Source: Thermodesulfovibrionales bacterium | GTDB lineage: Bacteria > Nitrospirota > Thermodesulfovibrionia > Thermodesulfovibrionales > UBA6898 | Direction of reading: 5' to 3' | Assembly (NCBI GenBank): GCA_033853975.1 | Contig: JAWOKY010000027.1 | Coordinates: forward strand, 15,444-79,443 | Length of the DNA stretch: 64,000 bases | Part shown: in pieces, positions 40,712 to 49,346 of the stretch | Layout of the letters: the number at the start of each line of letters is the position of its first letter | Numbering within the stretch: the stretch's first letter is position 1 | The notes under the pieces: model-generated | The model's database searches: none | Seen by the model: only the letters and a program-made list of their open reading frames with translations | What the model was told of the DNA's origin: nothing | Position numbers and translations under genes: made by a program

Positions 40712-40918
40712 GGTTGGGGTGGCAGAGCTTTGCTTCACGAGGCTCTGTCAGAACAAGGACTCTGGTCAGGGGTGTAAGTCTTGATGTTGGACATCAGGAC
40801 AACTCGGGGATAGCACCCTGACCGGAGTTCACATCAAATTGACCCAGTGCCCCGATTGAGCATCGAAAGAGCCTCTTAAGAACGATCCCTGTCCAAAGGA
40901 AATGCGCTACCCCCTTTT
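40712..40918 (+). ncRNA. candidate structured RNA of unknown class
   Basis: Hairpins at 40721-40749 (10 bp), 40757-40830 (16 bp plus 1 bulge) and 40778-40800 (9 bp, nested in the second). Five G-U pairs exist only on the plus strand. Ends in C5T4. No promoter identified, so boundaries are approximate. Confidence 0.3.
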
Positions 40919-40926
40919 GTTATAGT
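40918..40926 (+). promoter_or_regulatory. extended -10 element (TGTTATAGT) placed for a leaderless mnmA mRNA
   Basis: TGn + TATAGT, then 6 nt (AAAAAT) and the mnmA ATG at 40933. There is no SD upstream of mnmA. Confidence 0.4.
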
Positions 40927-40932
40927 AAAAAT

Positions 40933-41997
40933 ATGCCGAAGGTTGTCGTGGGAATGAGCGGCGGCGTCGATTCAAGCGTCACCGCCTGCCTGCTCAGAGA
41001 GCAGGGCTTCGATGTGGAAGGAGTGAGCTTCGTCCTCTGGGAGGCCAGAAACAGGTCTGATTTCACCGCCTGCTGTTCCCTTGAGGCAACCCGGAGCGCC
41101 TCTGCCACTGCAAGGAGTCTGGGAATCACTCATACCTCTGTTGACGTGAGACAGGAGTTTGTGGAAAAGGTGATAGAACCCTTTGTCGACTCTTATTCGC
41201 GGGGATTGACGCCTAATCCCTGCATCCTATGTAACAGACATATAAAGTTCCCCTTCCTCCTCAGAGAGGCCGAAAAAAGCGGTGCCGAATACATAGCTAC
41301 CGGGCACTATGCAAGGACCGCCGCACCGGCGGGCGGAAATAACACGACGGCTCTCAGGAAGGGCATCGATGCTGGCAAGGACCAGTCGTACGTCCTCTAT
41401 TGCCTGCAGCACAACGAACTTAACAGGCTGGTCCTGCCCCTCGGAGAGCACTGCAAGAGCGCTGTGAGAGCAATTGCCCGGTCGTTGAAGCTCGATGCAG
41501 CTGACAGGCCGGAAAGCCAGGAGATCTGTTTCATCGAAAACCGAAGCTATGCATCATTCATCGAAAAGCTAAGCCCCTCGGCCTGCGAACCCGGTGCGAT
41601 AGTCAACCGCGAAGGGAAGACAATCGGAACGCATAAGGGAATCTGCCGTTACACCGTAGGCCAGCGAAAGGGGCTCGGAATCGCCGCCCCCGATCCATAT
41701 TATGTAACAAGGGTCGATGCGGCAAATAACACCATCGAGGTCGGTTCGCTGGAAGAGACAAAGGCAACAGAAATTACGGTGAGTGACCTCAACTGGATCT
41801 CATCGCCAAAGGCGGGTTCCTTTCGGGCTACGGTAAAGGTGCGCTCCATGATGCGGGACAGGCCCGCTTCAGTCCAGATGCGAGGCGACGTGGCCCGCGT
41901 CATATTTGATGAACCTCAATTTGCGCCCGCCCCGGGGCAGAGCGCAGTCTTTTACGACGGAGACGCGGTGATAGGCGGCGGGATAATAGTTCCGTGA
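40933..41997 (+). CDS. mnmA: tRNA 2-thiouridine(34) synthase
   Basis: VVVGMSGGVDSSV PP-loop, NPCILCN, ATGHYAR and KDQSYVL motifs. Confidence 0.95.
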   Translation: MPKVVVGMSGGVDSSVTACLLREQGFDVEGVSFVLWEARNRSDFTACCSLEATRSASATARSLGITHTSVDVRQEFVEKVIEPFVDSYSRGLTPNPCILCNRHIKFPFLLREAEKSGAEYIATGHYARTAAPAGGNNTTALRKGIDAGKDQSYVLYCLQHNELNRLVLPLGEHCKSAVRAIARSLKLDAADRPESQEICFIENRSYASFIEKLSPSACEPGAIVNREGKTIGTHKGICRYTVGQRKGLGIAAPDPYYVTRVDAANNTIEVGSLEETKATEITVSDLNWISSPKAGSFRATVKVRSMMRDRPASVQMRGDVARVIFDEPQFAPAPGQSAVFYDGDAVIGGGIIVP

Positions 41998-42074
41998 GAA
42001 ATTAAATTCCTCCGGATATCTCAAAACGCTAAAACAATTTGAAGGATGCCCTCCCGGCTGCGTGCAACAAGGGG

Positions 42075-42953
42075 TTAATAGACCAGTTTCACGATGTCTT
42101 TTGCGACCGACAGTATTGCTGGAGAGGCGCCGAGATAATCACCGTCTATCTGGATATGAGCCCTGCCCGTTATGCAGACCTCCGATGACTTTAGATATGC
42201 CACGTCCCGGTACCGAAGATGCCTGCCTGTCATTACGCCCAGGGCATAGCGGACCAGATCGCGCCGCTTCCGGCCCCTGAAGACGCAGGTATAGAAAAAA
42301 GAGTTTTCAAGACTCGCCTCCGGTGCGACCCTGAAATGTCCGCCGTACTTGCTGGCCTTGCAGATGATCGCCCCGTATCCCCTGATCTCAGTACCGTCCA
42401 GCAGAAACGATAGTTCTTCCTGCGAATAGGTGCAGATGTTCTTTATTCCGCTCAGTATGTATGCAGCTTTACCGGAAACCTTCTTTACTGAAGTGCTTAC
42501 ATCCCGTACAGCCTTGCCGTCGAGCCCGACGCCGGCCATAAGGCAAAAGTAGCGCTTTGAAGTCAGCCCGGCTGTTTCGATGCTCCCGAGCGAGACATTC
42601 CTGGCCGGCCGGGAAACAGCGGCCTCCAGAGCACCCTCGATATCCTCGGGGATTCGGAGTTCCTTTGCCAGGACATTTGTAGTCCCAAGGGGGAGAAGGG
42701 CCACAGGAATATCAGATCCTGCAACGCCGTTTAGTACCTCGTTAATAGTGCCGTCGCCGCCTGCTGCAATGATGAGATCCGGTCTTCTTTCGGCATAACG
42801 CCTGGCGAGATTTTCGGCGTCACCCCTCTTTTGGGTCATGCAGGTCTCGGCGTCGAGCCCCTTGTTCCGGAGGACTAAAGCGGCCTTCTCGATCTTTCTG
42901 ACAGAAGCGTTCTTGGCCGTCGGGTTAGCGATAAGTATTATTGAGGATCTCAT
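42075..42953 (-). CDS. diacylglycerol kinase-family lipid kinase (YegS/BmrU type)
   Basis: 292 aa. IIAAGGDGTINEV and PLGTTN motifs of the DAGK catalytic domain. Confidence 0.85.
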   Translation of the reverse strand: MRSSIILIANPTAKNASVRKIEKAALVLRNKGLDAETCMTQKRGDAENLARRYAERRPDLIIAAGGDGTINEVLNGVAGSDIPVALLPLGTTNVLAKELRIPEDIEGALEAAVSRPARNVSLGSIETAGLTSKRYFCLMAGVGLDGKAVRDVSTSVKKVSGKAAYILSGIKNICTYSQEELSFLLDGTEIRGYGAIICKASKYGGHFRVAPEASLENSFFYTCVFRGRKRRDLVRYALGVMTGRHLRYRDVAYLKSSEVCITGRAHIQIDGDYLGASPAILSVAKDIVKLVY

Positions 42954-43746
42954 CTATGGAACGCACCCCCCTGCATTCGTTGATACTGTTTATGACAACA
43001 GGTTTCCTCTCGATAAATTCTTCCACGCGGGCTATATCGGCGGACTCTTCCACGAAAAAGACCCTTCCGCCTTTTCTTGAACCCTTCCGCTTCATGCCGG
43101 GGATTCTCACATATCCGCACTTTCCGTACGAAACATATCCGGTGGTATAGTCCGGATCGTCGGAGACACAGAGTTCAGCGATCACCTCTTTGCATGAGGC
43201 GACCTTGGACGCAAGTACCAGGGCCTCCCTCACTATGGCCGTGTCGATGCCTTCGCGGGCCAATTCACTTGAGAGCATCCTGGCAGCCGAAGCGCTGATG
43301 CCGAGCCTCGATGCGCGCACCCCCCTGGTCCTGTCAGCTTCGACCCTCTCTCCCGATAGGGCACGGATGATCGAAGCGCCGCGCATCGCCTCATCCTGCC
43401 TTATAACACGAAACGCCTCTTCCGCGGCATCGTCTGAAACACCCGCGCTCTCAAGAAGACTCCTTATAAGCCCCGCTGATTCAGAGGGGGACTTGCACTT
43501 GAGCGTGGTTACGGCGAGGGAAGGGATCATTTTTATCCTTCCTCTCACCTTCTCGATCGTGATCGTTATTTTGTCGGGTTCGCCTCTGGGGTGGTCCAAC
43601 GCCCTTTCGATATATTCCCTCACTACTTCCATCTTCTCAGACTCGCGGAAAAGCCCCTCTGCCCCTGAGATATGGATCTCGATATCCGGATGTCCATTCC
43701 CCCGGCTTCTCTTTTCTTTAGACGCCCTCATCCGTATGCTCAGCAT
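42925..43746 (-). CDS. bioW: 6-carboxyhexanoate-CoA ligase (pimeloyl-CoA synthetase)
   Basis: SIRMRAS N-terminus. Conserved RGVRASR, EAL.LASKV and AELC.SDDPDYTTGYV segments as in Bacillus BioW. Overlaps bioB by 7 nt. Confidence 0.85.
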   Translation of the reverse strand: MLSIRMRASKEKRSRGNGHPDIEIHISGAEGLFRESEKMEVVREYIERALDHPRGEPDKITITIEKVRGRIKMIPSLAVTTLKCKSPSESAGLIRSLLESAGVSDDAAEEAFRVIRQDEAMRGASIIRALSGERVEADRTRGVRASRLGISASAARMLSSELAREGIDTAIVREALVLASKVASCKEVIAELCVSDDPDYTTGYVSYGKCGYVRIPGMKRKGSRKGGRVFFVEESADIARVEEFIERKPVVINSINECRGVRSIDEILNNTYR

Positions 43747-44735
43747 TTGCCGCCCCTCTGAACCTGACCAGTCCTCTCTGTCTTCAAGCCGAGCAGTCGG
43801 ATGAGTTCCACATCGTCTTCGTAACTTCTTCCCGTCGTGGTGAGGTAATTGCCTGTCAGAAGGCCGTCAGCACCCGCAAGGAAGATAAAGGGATGAAGAT
43901 CTCTCAGGGTCTGCATCCTGCCGCCGCAGACCCTTATCTCTTTATCCGGCAGGATGAACCTGAAGATTCCGATGACCTTGAGGGCTTCAAGAGGTTCAAG
44001 CATCGCCCGGCCGCCCAGTGGCGTGCCTTCTATCGGTGTCAGGAAATTGACAGGCACCGAGTCCGGCCGGATATCCCTGAGTGCGAAGGCCATCTCTACC
44101 CTGTCATGCCATTCTTCTCCAAGACCGAAGATCCCTCCTGAACATAGGGAGATGCCCGCTGCCTTTACAGCCTCTATCGTTCTGATCTTGTCCTGGTAGG
44201 TATGCGTCGAGCATATGGAGGAAAAGAACCTCTCGGAGGTCTCAAGATTGTGATGAAATCGTTCAAGACCCGCGGACTTCAGAAGCATGATCTCCGTTTC
44301 CGAAAGGAGACCGAGTGTGGCGCAGGGAAGAAGCCCAAACGCCCTTATCTCACTCACCGCATCTGCTATTCTTTCGAGTTCCCTTCCGGAAACCTTCCTG
44401 CCGCTTGTGACAATGCAGAAACGCTTCGCGCCGCCGAGCTTTGCCTCATGAGCCTTTTCGATGATCCTGCTTTTCTCTGCAAGGGGAAATATAGCGATAT
44501 CAGCGGAACTCTTCGCCGACTGGGCACAGTAGGCGCAGTCTTCCGGACAGGCGCCGGACTTTGCATTGATGATTGCGCAGAGGTCAACGTAGTCCCCCCG
44601 GAAAAGGTCCCTGATCCTGCAGGCCGCACCGAGAAAGTCCGGAATCTGCTGTCCCGACAGGGAGGCAAGGTAAAGGGCCTCATCCTTCGTAAGGACACCG
44701 CCGCCAGTCACCTTTTTTTCAAGTTCTGTAAGCAT
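43740..44735 (-). CDS. bioB: biotin synthase
   Basis: Radical SAM motif CPEDCAYCAQS, CATLG, HNLETS and GGI.GLGE motifs. Confidence 0.95.
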   Translation of the reverse strand: MLTELEKKVTGGGVLTKDEALYLASLSGQQIPDFLGAACRIRDLFRGDYVDLCAIINAKSGACPEDCAYCAQSAKSSADIAIFPLAEKSRIIEKAHEAKLGGAKRFCIVTSGRKVSGRELERIADAVSEIRAFGLLPCATLGLLSETEIMLLKSAGLERFHHNLETSERFFSSICSTHTYQDKIRTIEAVKAAGISLCSGGIFGLGEEWHDRVEMAFALRDIRPDSVPVNFLTPIEGTPLGGRAMLEPLEALKVIGIFRFILPDKEIRVCGGRMQTLRDLHPFIFLAGADGLLTGNYLTTTGRSYEDDVELIRLLGLKTERTGQVQRGGKC

Positions 44736-44757
44736 TCCTGTCTCTTGGGGCAGCGGT

Positions 44758-45045
44758 TCAATACCGGATTTGGAAGCCCCGTTCTGCTCCGGTATAGGGT
44801 TCCCAACTCAGATCGACATCGGACACATAGGCGCCTGCCGGTCCTCTCCTGCACTCCCCAATGGCTTGTTCGATAAGGGTTCTGTTGCCCTCGAAAACAG
44901 CCTCCACACGGCCGTCGGGCAGATTTCTTACCCATCCGTAAAGCCCCAGCTTCATCGCCGCTCTCTGCGTGAATGCCCTGTAAAACACTCCCTGCACGAC
45001 TCCCTCGACAATAAGGTGTGCCCGTGCATTTTCTGCTTTTTCCAT
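44758..45045 (-). CDS. acyP: acylphosphatase
   Basis: ORF trimmed to ATG 45045 (MEKAENARAHLIVEGVVQGVFYR...GWVRNLPDGRVE). 95 aa, a typical AcyP size. Confidence 0.85.
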   Translation of the reverse strand: MEKAENARAHLIVEGVVQGVFYRAFTQRAAMKLGLYGWVRNLPDGRVEAVFEGNRTLIEQAIGECRRGPAGAYVSDVDLSWEPYTGAERGFQIRY

Positions 45046-45051
45046 CGGAAT

Positions 45052-45060
45052 ATTATACCA
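45052..45060 (-). promoter_or_regulatory. extended -10 element (TGGTATAAT) placed for a leaderless acyP-bioB-bioW transcript
   Basis: On the minus strand: TGGTATAAT, 6 nt (ATTCCG), then the acyP ATG at 45045. No SD. Confidence 0.4.
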
Positions 45061-45164
45061 GATGATGGATGCGTGCATCGGCCTGCCCCCCACGGAGGCG
45101 GGATGGGCATGGCCACGACTGTGGTATACTTCACAATCATACGAAGGAAAGGATTTCCAATACG

Positions 45165-46850
45165 ATGAGCATCGAGCCGAACAAAGTCATCTACTCCATG
45201 ATCGGGGTTAGCAAGTATTACGAAAAGAAGCCGGTACTGAAAGATATATATCTCTCCTATTTCTACGGGGCGAAGATAGGGGTGATCGGTCTTAACGGGT
45301 CAGGCAAGAGCTCCCTTCTTCGCATCCTTGCGGGCGTGGACAGGGAGTTCAACGGGGAAACGGTCCTCTCACCCGGCCACACAGTTGGGTTCCTGCAGCA
45401 GGAGCCGGAGCTGGACGATTCCAAAACAGTGCGCGAGACAGTTGAGGAAGGCGTGCAGGCAATAGTAGATACGATCAGGGAATATAACATCATCAATGAA
45501 AAATTTGCCGAGCCCATGTCGGACGACGAGATGACAAAGCTGATCGAACGCCAGGGCAAGGTGCAGGAGAAGCTGGACGCCTTTGATGCGTGGGACCTCG
45601 ATTCTCGCCTCGAGATGGCGATGGATGCCCTCCGCTGCCCCTCCGGAGAGACCCCGGTGAAAGTCCTCTCAGGGGGCGAGAGACGGCGCGTTGCTCTGTG
45701 CAGACTCCTCCTTCAGAAGCCCGACATCCTTCTGCTCGACGAGCCTACGAACCACCTGGATGCGGAGACCGTCGCCTGGCTCGAACACCACCTCCAGGCA
45801 TATCACGGAACAGTCATCGCTGTTACCCATGACCGCTACTTCCTCGACAATGTGGCCGGATGGATACTCGAACTCGACAGGGGCCAGGGGATTCCATGGA
45901 AGGGGAACTACTCATCGTGGCTCGAACAGAAGAAGAATCGTCTCAAACAGGAAGAAAAGGCCGAGAGCGAACGACAAAAAACCCTGCAACACGAGCTGGA
46001 ATGGATACAAATGTCTCCCAAGGGACGCCACGCAAAGGCGAAGGCGCGCATAAATTCCTATGAGGCCCTCCTTCGTCAGGATGTCGAGAAACAGTCAAGG
46101 GAACTGGAGATTTATATCCCGCCGGGACCGCGCCTTGGGAGTGTGGTCATCGAGGCAGACAACGTCTCCAAGGCATACGGAGATAACATTCTCATGGAGG
46201 GCATGACCTTCTCTCTTCCGCCGGGCGGAATTGTGGGGGTCATCGGGCCCAACGGGGCCGGAAAGACCACCCTCTTTCGGCTGATAACCGGCCTGGAAGA
46301 ACCTGATTCCGGCTCATTCAGGACAGGGGAAACTGTCAGACTCGCATACGTAGACCAGAGCCGTGAAGACCTCGATCCGAACAAGACCATATGGGAGGTG
46401 ATCTCCGGAGGAGAGGAGACGATCCAGCTCGGCAAGAGACAGGTAAACTCCCGCACATACGTGGCCCGATTCAACTTCTCCGGCAGCGATCAGCAGAAGA
46501 AGGTTTCAATGCTCTCAGGCGGCGAGAGAAACCGCGTGCATCTGGCACGGATGCTCAAGCAGGAGGCTAACGTACTGCTGCTTGACGAGCCGACCAACGA
46601 TCTGGATGTAAACACCATGCGCGCCCTTGAAGAGGCGCTCGAGAATTTTGCCGGCTGCGCCGTGGTGATCAGCCATGACAGGTGGTTCCTTGATCGTATT
46701 GCAACCCACATACTCGCCTTTGAGGGAGATAGCAGGGTGCTCTGGTTCGAAGGCAACTACTCCGACTATGAGTCCGACCGAAAGGCCCGCCTCGGAGCCG
46801 CGGCGGACCAGCCCCACAGAATAAAATACAGACATCTCTCAAGGAGATAA
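45165..46850 (+). CDS. ettA: energy-dependent translational throttle protein EttA (ABC-F)
   Basis: ORF 45069 trimmed to ATG 45165. Near-colinear with E. coli EttA as I recall it: LSGGERRRVALCRLLL, ITHDRYFLDNVAGWILELDRG.GIPW.GNYSSWLEQK, ISHDRWFLDRIATHIL, and the RIKY tail. Confidence 0.95.
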   Translation: MSIEPNKVIYSMIGVSKYYEKKPVLKDIYLSYFYGAKIGVIGLNGSGKSSLLRILAGVDREFNGETVLSPGHTVGFLQQEPELDDSKTVRETVEEGVQAIVDTIREYNIINEKFAEPMSDDEMTKLIERQGKVQEKLDAFDAWDLDSRLEMAMDALRCPSGETPVKVLSGGERRRVALCRLLLQKPDILLLDEPTNHLDAETVAWLEHHLQAYHGTVIAVTHDRYFLDNVAGWILELDRGQGIPWKGNYSSWLEQKKNRLKQEEKAESERQKTLQHELEWIQMSPKGRHAKAKARINSYEALLRQDVEKQSRELEIYIPPGPRLGSVVIEADNVSKAYGDNILMEGMTFSLPPGGIVGVIGPNGAGKTTLFRLITGLEEPDSGSFRTGETVRLAYVDQSREDLDPNKTIWEVISGGEETIQLGKRQVNSRTYVARFNFSGSDQQKKVSMLSGGERNRVHLARMLKQEANVLLLDEPTNDLDVNTMRALEEALENFAGCAVVISHDRWFLDRIATHILAFEGDSRVLWFEGNYSDYESDRKARLGAAADQPHRIKYRHLSRR

Positions 46851-46899
46851 AGAAGAAGGGCCTATCCTAATGCCTCTGGCGCCGTCACCTCTGAAGTGA

Positions 46900-47319
46900 C
46901 TAAAGAAAGGCGGCAGCCAGAATGAGGCTGACTGCAAATATCACCACGTCCAGCTCGATCAGGGAAACGATGCCATCCTCTGCGACGGGCGGCGCCGATC
47001 TCACGGGGGAAAGGATCTCTTCGGACTTCTTCTGCAACTTCTGCGTGTCTGCATTGCCACTGGTATGTTCGGGCACCTCGGCAGGCATTACGGTCTTCGG
47101 GATTTGAGGTGGTTCTGCAACAGCCTCAGTATTTCTCGTCTTTGCCGGCCTGATCGGCATGAAATCCTTGTCATGGAAGTGGTATTCGCCATAGTCGAGC
47201 TGCCACTCTGAGCAGTCTCTCAGGCACCTGTGCCCTCCTCTTTTATCGGTCTTACCGGGATGAGACAAAACAATAGACGGACACAAGAGAAGAAGGATGA
47301 AGACAAGGATAATCTTCAT
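46900..47319 (-). CDS. YHYH-domain protein, secreted with C-terminal TM anchor
   Basis: Signal peptide, HPGKTDKRGGHRC...GEYHFH (YHYH-type motif), a CxxxC, a low-complexity linker, and a terminal TM. Confidence 0.6.
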   Translation of the reverse strand: MKIILVFILLLLCPSIVLSHPGKTDKRGGHRCLRDCSEWQLDYGEYHFHDKDFMPIRPAKTRNTEAVAEPPQIPKTVMPAEVPEHTSGNADTQKLQKKSEEILSPVRSAPPVAEDGIVSLIELDVVIFAVSLILAAAFL

Positions 47320-47333
47320 CGGCGAAGTGCCTG

Positions 47334-47666
47334 TTATAAGCGGTTCAAAATCGCCTTGGATGACTTGACGAAGCAGACGCCCTCCGGCATTTTACAGTTG
47401 CCGGCCTTTTTCTGGCCGACAGAATCTTTTGGCGCGTCAATCGCCTTTATCTTTCCGCGCGCCTCTTCAAGAAGTTGCGCTACCTGGGGGGCAACGGCAG
47501 TAATCTCATCATTATGCTCACCCTCCAGTAATGAGAGACCTTCACTCATCGCCAAAACGGTATTTGCATAGGCCTTACACATTCCGCACAACGGATCTTT
47601 CTGCTGATTGGACAGCACGAAGGAGATATAGTGATAGAAGCGTATTCGGTTGATAATCTCGGACAT
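47334..47666 (-). CDS. hypothetical 110-aa protein with CxxC and Cx6C motifs
   Basis: ORF trimmed to ATG 47666, which has a GGAGGTGA SD 5 nt upstream and its own promoter. No family recognised. Confidence 0.55.
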   Translation of the reverse strand: MSEIINRIRFYHYISFVLSNQQKDPLCGMCKAYANTVLAMSEGLSLLEGEHNDEITAVAPQVAQLLEEARGKIKAIDAPKDSVGQKKAGNCKMPEGVCFVKSSKAILNRL

Positions 47667-47690
47667 TGTTCTCACCTCCGGCAATGGAGT

Positions 47691-47720
47691 ATCTTAAGCG
47701 ACGTAAAGCCCGTTTTTCAA
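47691..47720 (-). promoter_or_regulatory. sigma-70 type promoter for the 110-aa gene
   Basis: Minus strand: TTGAAA (47720-47715), 18-nt spacer, TAAGAT (47696-47691). About 18-nt leader containing the SD. Confidence 0.55.
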
Positions 47721-47770
47721 GAAGCCCCCCTCAAAAATCGCGATCTTTCTCTCCTGCAGGGGAAGAATTT

Positions 47771-47980
47771 TCAGTAAGGCCTGAACAGAGGCTTGTGGGT
47801 TTTATCCCTTTTTCGATCTTTCTTTTTTCCGCCGCAGTCCTTCGGCAGGCACATACTGCACCGCGTCTTGCTGCAATACTGACAGAAGGTGCAATCCGGA
47901 CAGGGGTTTTTCTTCAGGACCTTCTTTTCCACCGTTAATGAAGTATAACACTCCTGCGCTGGCAATCTCTTCATTGCCAC
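47771..47980 (-). CDS. possible small Cys-rich protein (8 Cys in 69 aa, basic tail)
   Basis: C27-x2-C-x2-C-x2-C-x4-C-x2-C-x4-C49-GG, then a KKKDRKRDK tail. GTG start (ATG two codons in). No convincing SD or promoter, and other-frame ORFs overlap. Confidence 0.35.
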   Translation of the reverse strand: MAMKRLPAQECYTSLTVEKKVLKKNPCPDCTFCQYCSKTRCSMCLPKDCGGKKKDRKRDKTHKPLFRPY

Positions 47981-48119
47981 CGAAAAACAACCCCGGAGCA
48001 GATCAAGATTAAGAATAATTAACTGGATGTCGCAGCCGAACGCACTTATAATTTACACAAGTGTCAGAAGTTCTTACGTATAATATCCGCCGCATGCGGC
48101 GAAAACCGCAGGAGGACAG

Positions 48120-48410
48120 ATGACCCAAGCAACAGTCTCAAACAAAGCCCGCTACCGAAAAATAATAGAGTACACCATCGTGACCTTGAAAGACGGCAAG
48201 CTAAGGTTTTTGCACCTGACCGGAAAGGTCATCGACACCTCCGCAAACAGCCTCTGCTTCTTTACGAAGTATCCCCTCAGGGCGGGCTGTGTAGTCGAGT
48301 TCAGGAACAAGGTCTTTCAGTCAAGACACGGCGTAGTTATGTGGATCAAACAGATCGGGGGCTTTTATGTTGCCGGTACGCGTTTGATCAGAAGAGGCGA
48401 ACTGGCCTAG
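48120..48410 (+). CDS. small PilZ-like protein (degenerate motifs)
   Basis: AGGAGG SD. KARYRK ... VIDTSANS. C-terminal HGVVMWIKQIGGFYVAGTRL parallels ATVQWVKKYHNNFYKVGLMF of the PilZ protein at 29200. Confidence 0.5.
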   Translation: MTQATVSNKARYRKIIEYTIVTLKDGKLRFLHLTGKVIDTSANSLCFFTKYPLRAGCVVEFRNKVFQSRHGVVMWIKQIGGFYVAGTRLIRRGELA

Positions 48411-48662
48411 GGAGTGCCTCAGCCGCCACAGTCTTGCCATCCCGGGTCCTTCTGCAACAAAGGCGACGCCCATCCCGCTTTCGGATCCTAACGCCATAAA
48501 GAGTATCGCACAGTGTCAATTCCCAGATTTAGGACACCTGTTGAAGAAAATTACCCAGTTGACATGAAAAAACCTTCTGTGCGAAGCTGAAATAGACATC
48601 GTCATGATACAGTCAATGAATTCTATTGCAGTGAAAAAGGCGGAAGGACAGATACTGTTGGC

Positions 48663-49112
48663 ATGAGCCAGTCGCGCTTCTTCCAATTATCGCTTTTTTT
48701 CCCCTTTGTGCTTTGGTGCCTGGCCCTTCTGTTCTTCTCTTTTCTGTACAGAGCGGGAGCGGACTTTATCCTCGATAATCTTGCGAACGCGTATCGCGTT
48801 TTTGTTCCCTACCTTATATTTTCTGCCATCGTATGGAAGATCATTAAAGACAAACCCTATAATCTGTTGATTCTCGCTGCCTTGATAGTTCCGCTCGCCT
48901 GGGGGGTCTTTTTTACACTCTTTTACGTTGTGGCCACCCTGATTACACAGCACATGGTCGAAAGATGGTATATCCTTCTCATCATGGGCTTTTGGGCTTG
49001 TCTGGTCGCATACGTTTTCGAGATTATCCCCCTGCTCATTCTCACAATCTTCAAGGATGACTTCAAGTCGGCCCCGAGTCAGCTTCGGCGGCACGCCGGA
49101 ACGGCATCATAA
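48663..49112 (+). CDS. hypothetical integral membrane protein (4 TM)
   Basis: 149 aa, four hydrophobic helices. No motif recognised. Confidence 0.5.
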   Translation: MSQSRFFQLSLFFPFVLWCLALLFFSFLYRAGADFILDNLANAYRVFVPYLIFSAIVWKIIKDKPYNLLILAALIVPLAWGVFFTLFYVVATLITQHMVERWYILLIMGFWACLVAYVFEIIPLLILTIFKDDFKSAPSQLRRHAGTAS

Positions 49113-49250
49113 GGTAGCGCTACAATTTCCTATACTGTCCCTCGCAGGACCATGCAGCGTAATTTCGGGTAATTCTTCGTAAAGTGGAGCATTTTCCTCC
49201 TATTTCGAATATCCCTGCATATACCTCCTCAAAAACGCCAAAAAGGCCCT

Positions 49251-49279
49251 TTGAATTTGTCCCGTACGCGGCATATATT
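49251..49279 (+). promoter_or_regulatory. sigma-70 type promoter for the 97-aa gene
   Basis: TTGAAT (49251-49256), 17-nt spacer, TATATT (49274-49279). Confidence 0.6.
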
Positions 49280-49346
49280 AAAGCTAACGATAGGGACTTA
49301 AAGAGACAGTAAAGAGGAGCAAAGAAGGATTGAAAGGAGAAACACT

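Noticed and set aside
40712-40918. Assignment of the structured element to SRP RNA, 6S RNA, tmRNA, RNase P RNA, tRNA or a c-di-GMP riboswitch
   Set aside because: It lacks the GGAAGGAAGCAGC-type SRP domain IV, the RNase P GAGGAAAGTCC core, tmRNA ends, a cloverleaf, and GEMM motifs. The architecture is not a single 6S-like rod. It is kept only as an unclassified candidate.
46543-46558. TGGCACGG sequence resembling a sigma-54 -24 box
   Set aside because: It lies inside the ettA coding sequence and has no TTGC -12 element at the right spacing.
47666-47990. Alternative ORFs over the Cys-rich region (plus strand 47666-47938, minus strand 47802-47990)
   Set aside because: They have no SD or promoter and a bland or low-complexity composition. 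The 8-Cys frame is the only one with a structured motif, and even that is kept at low confidence.
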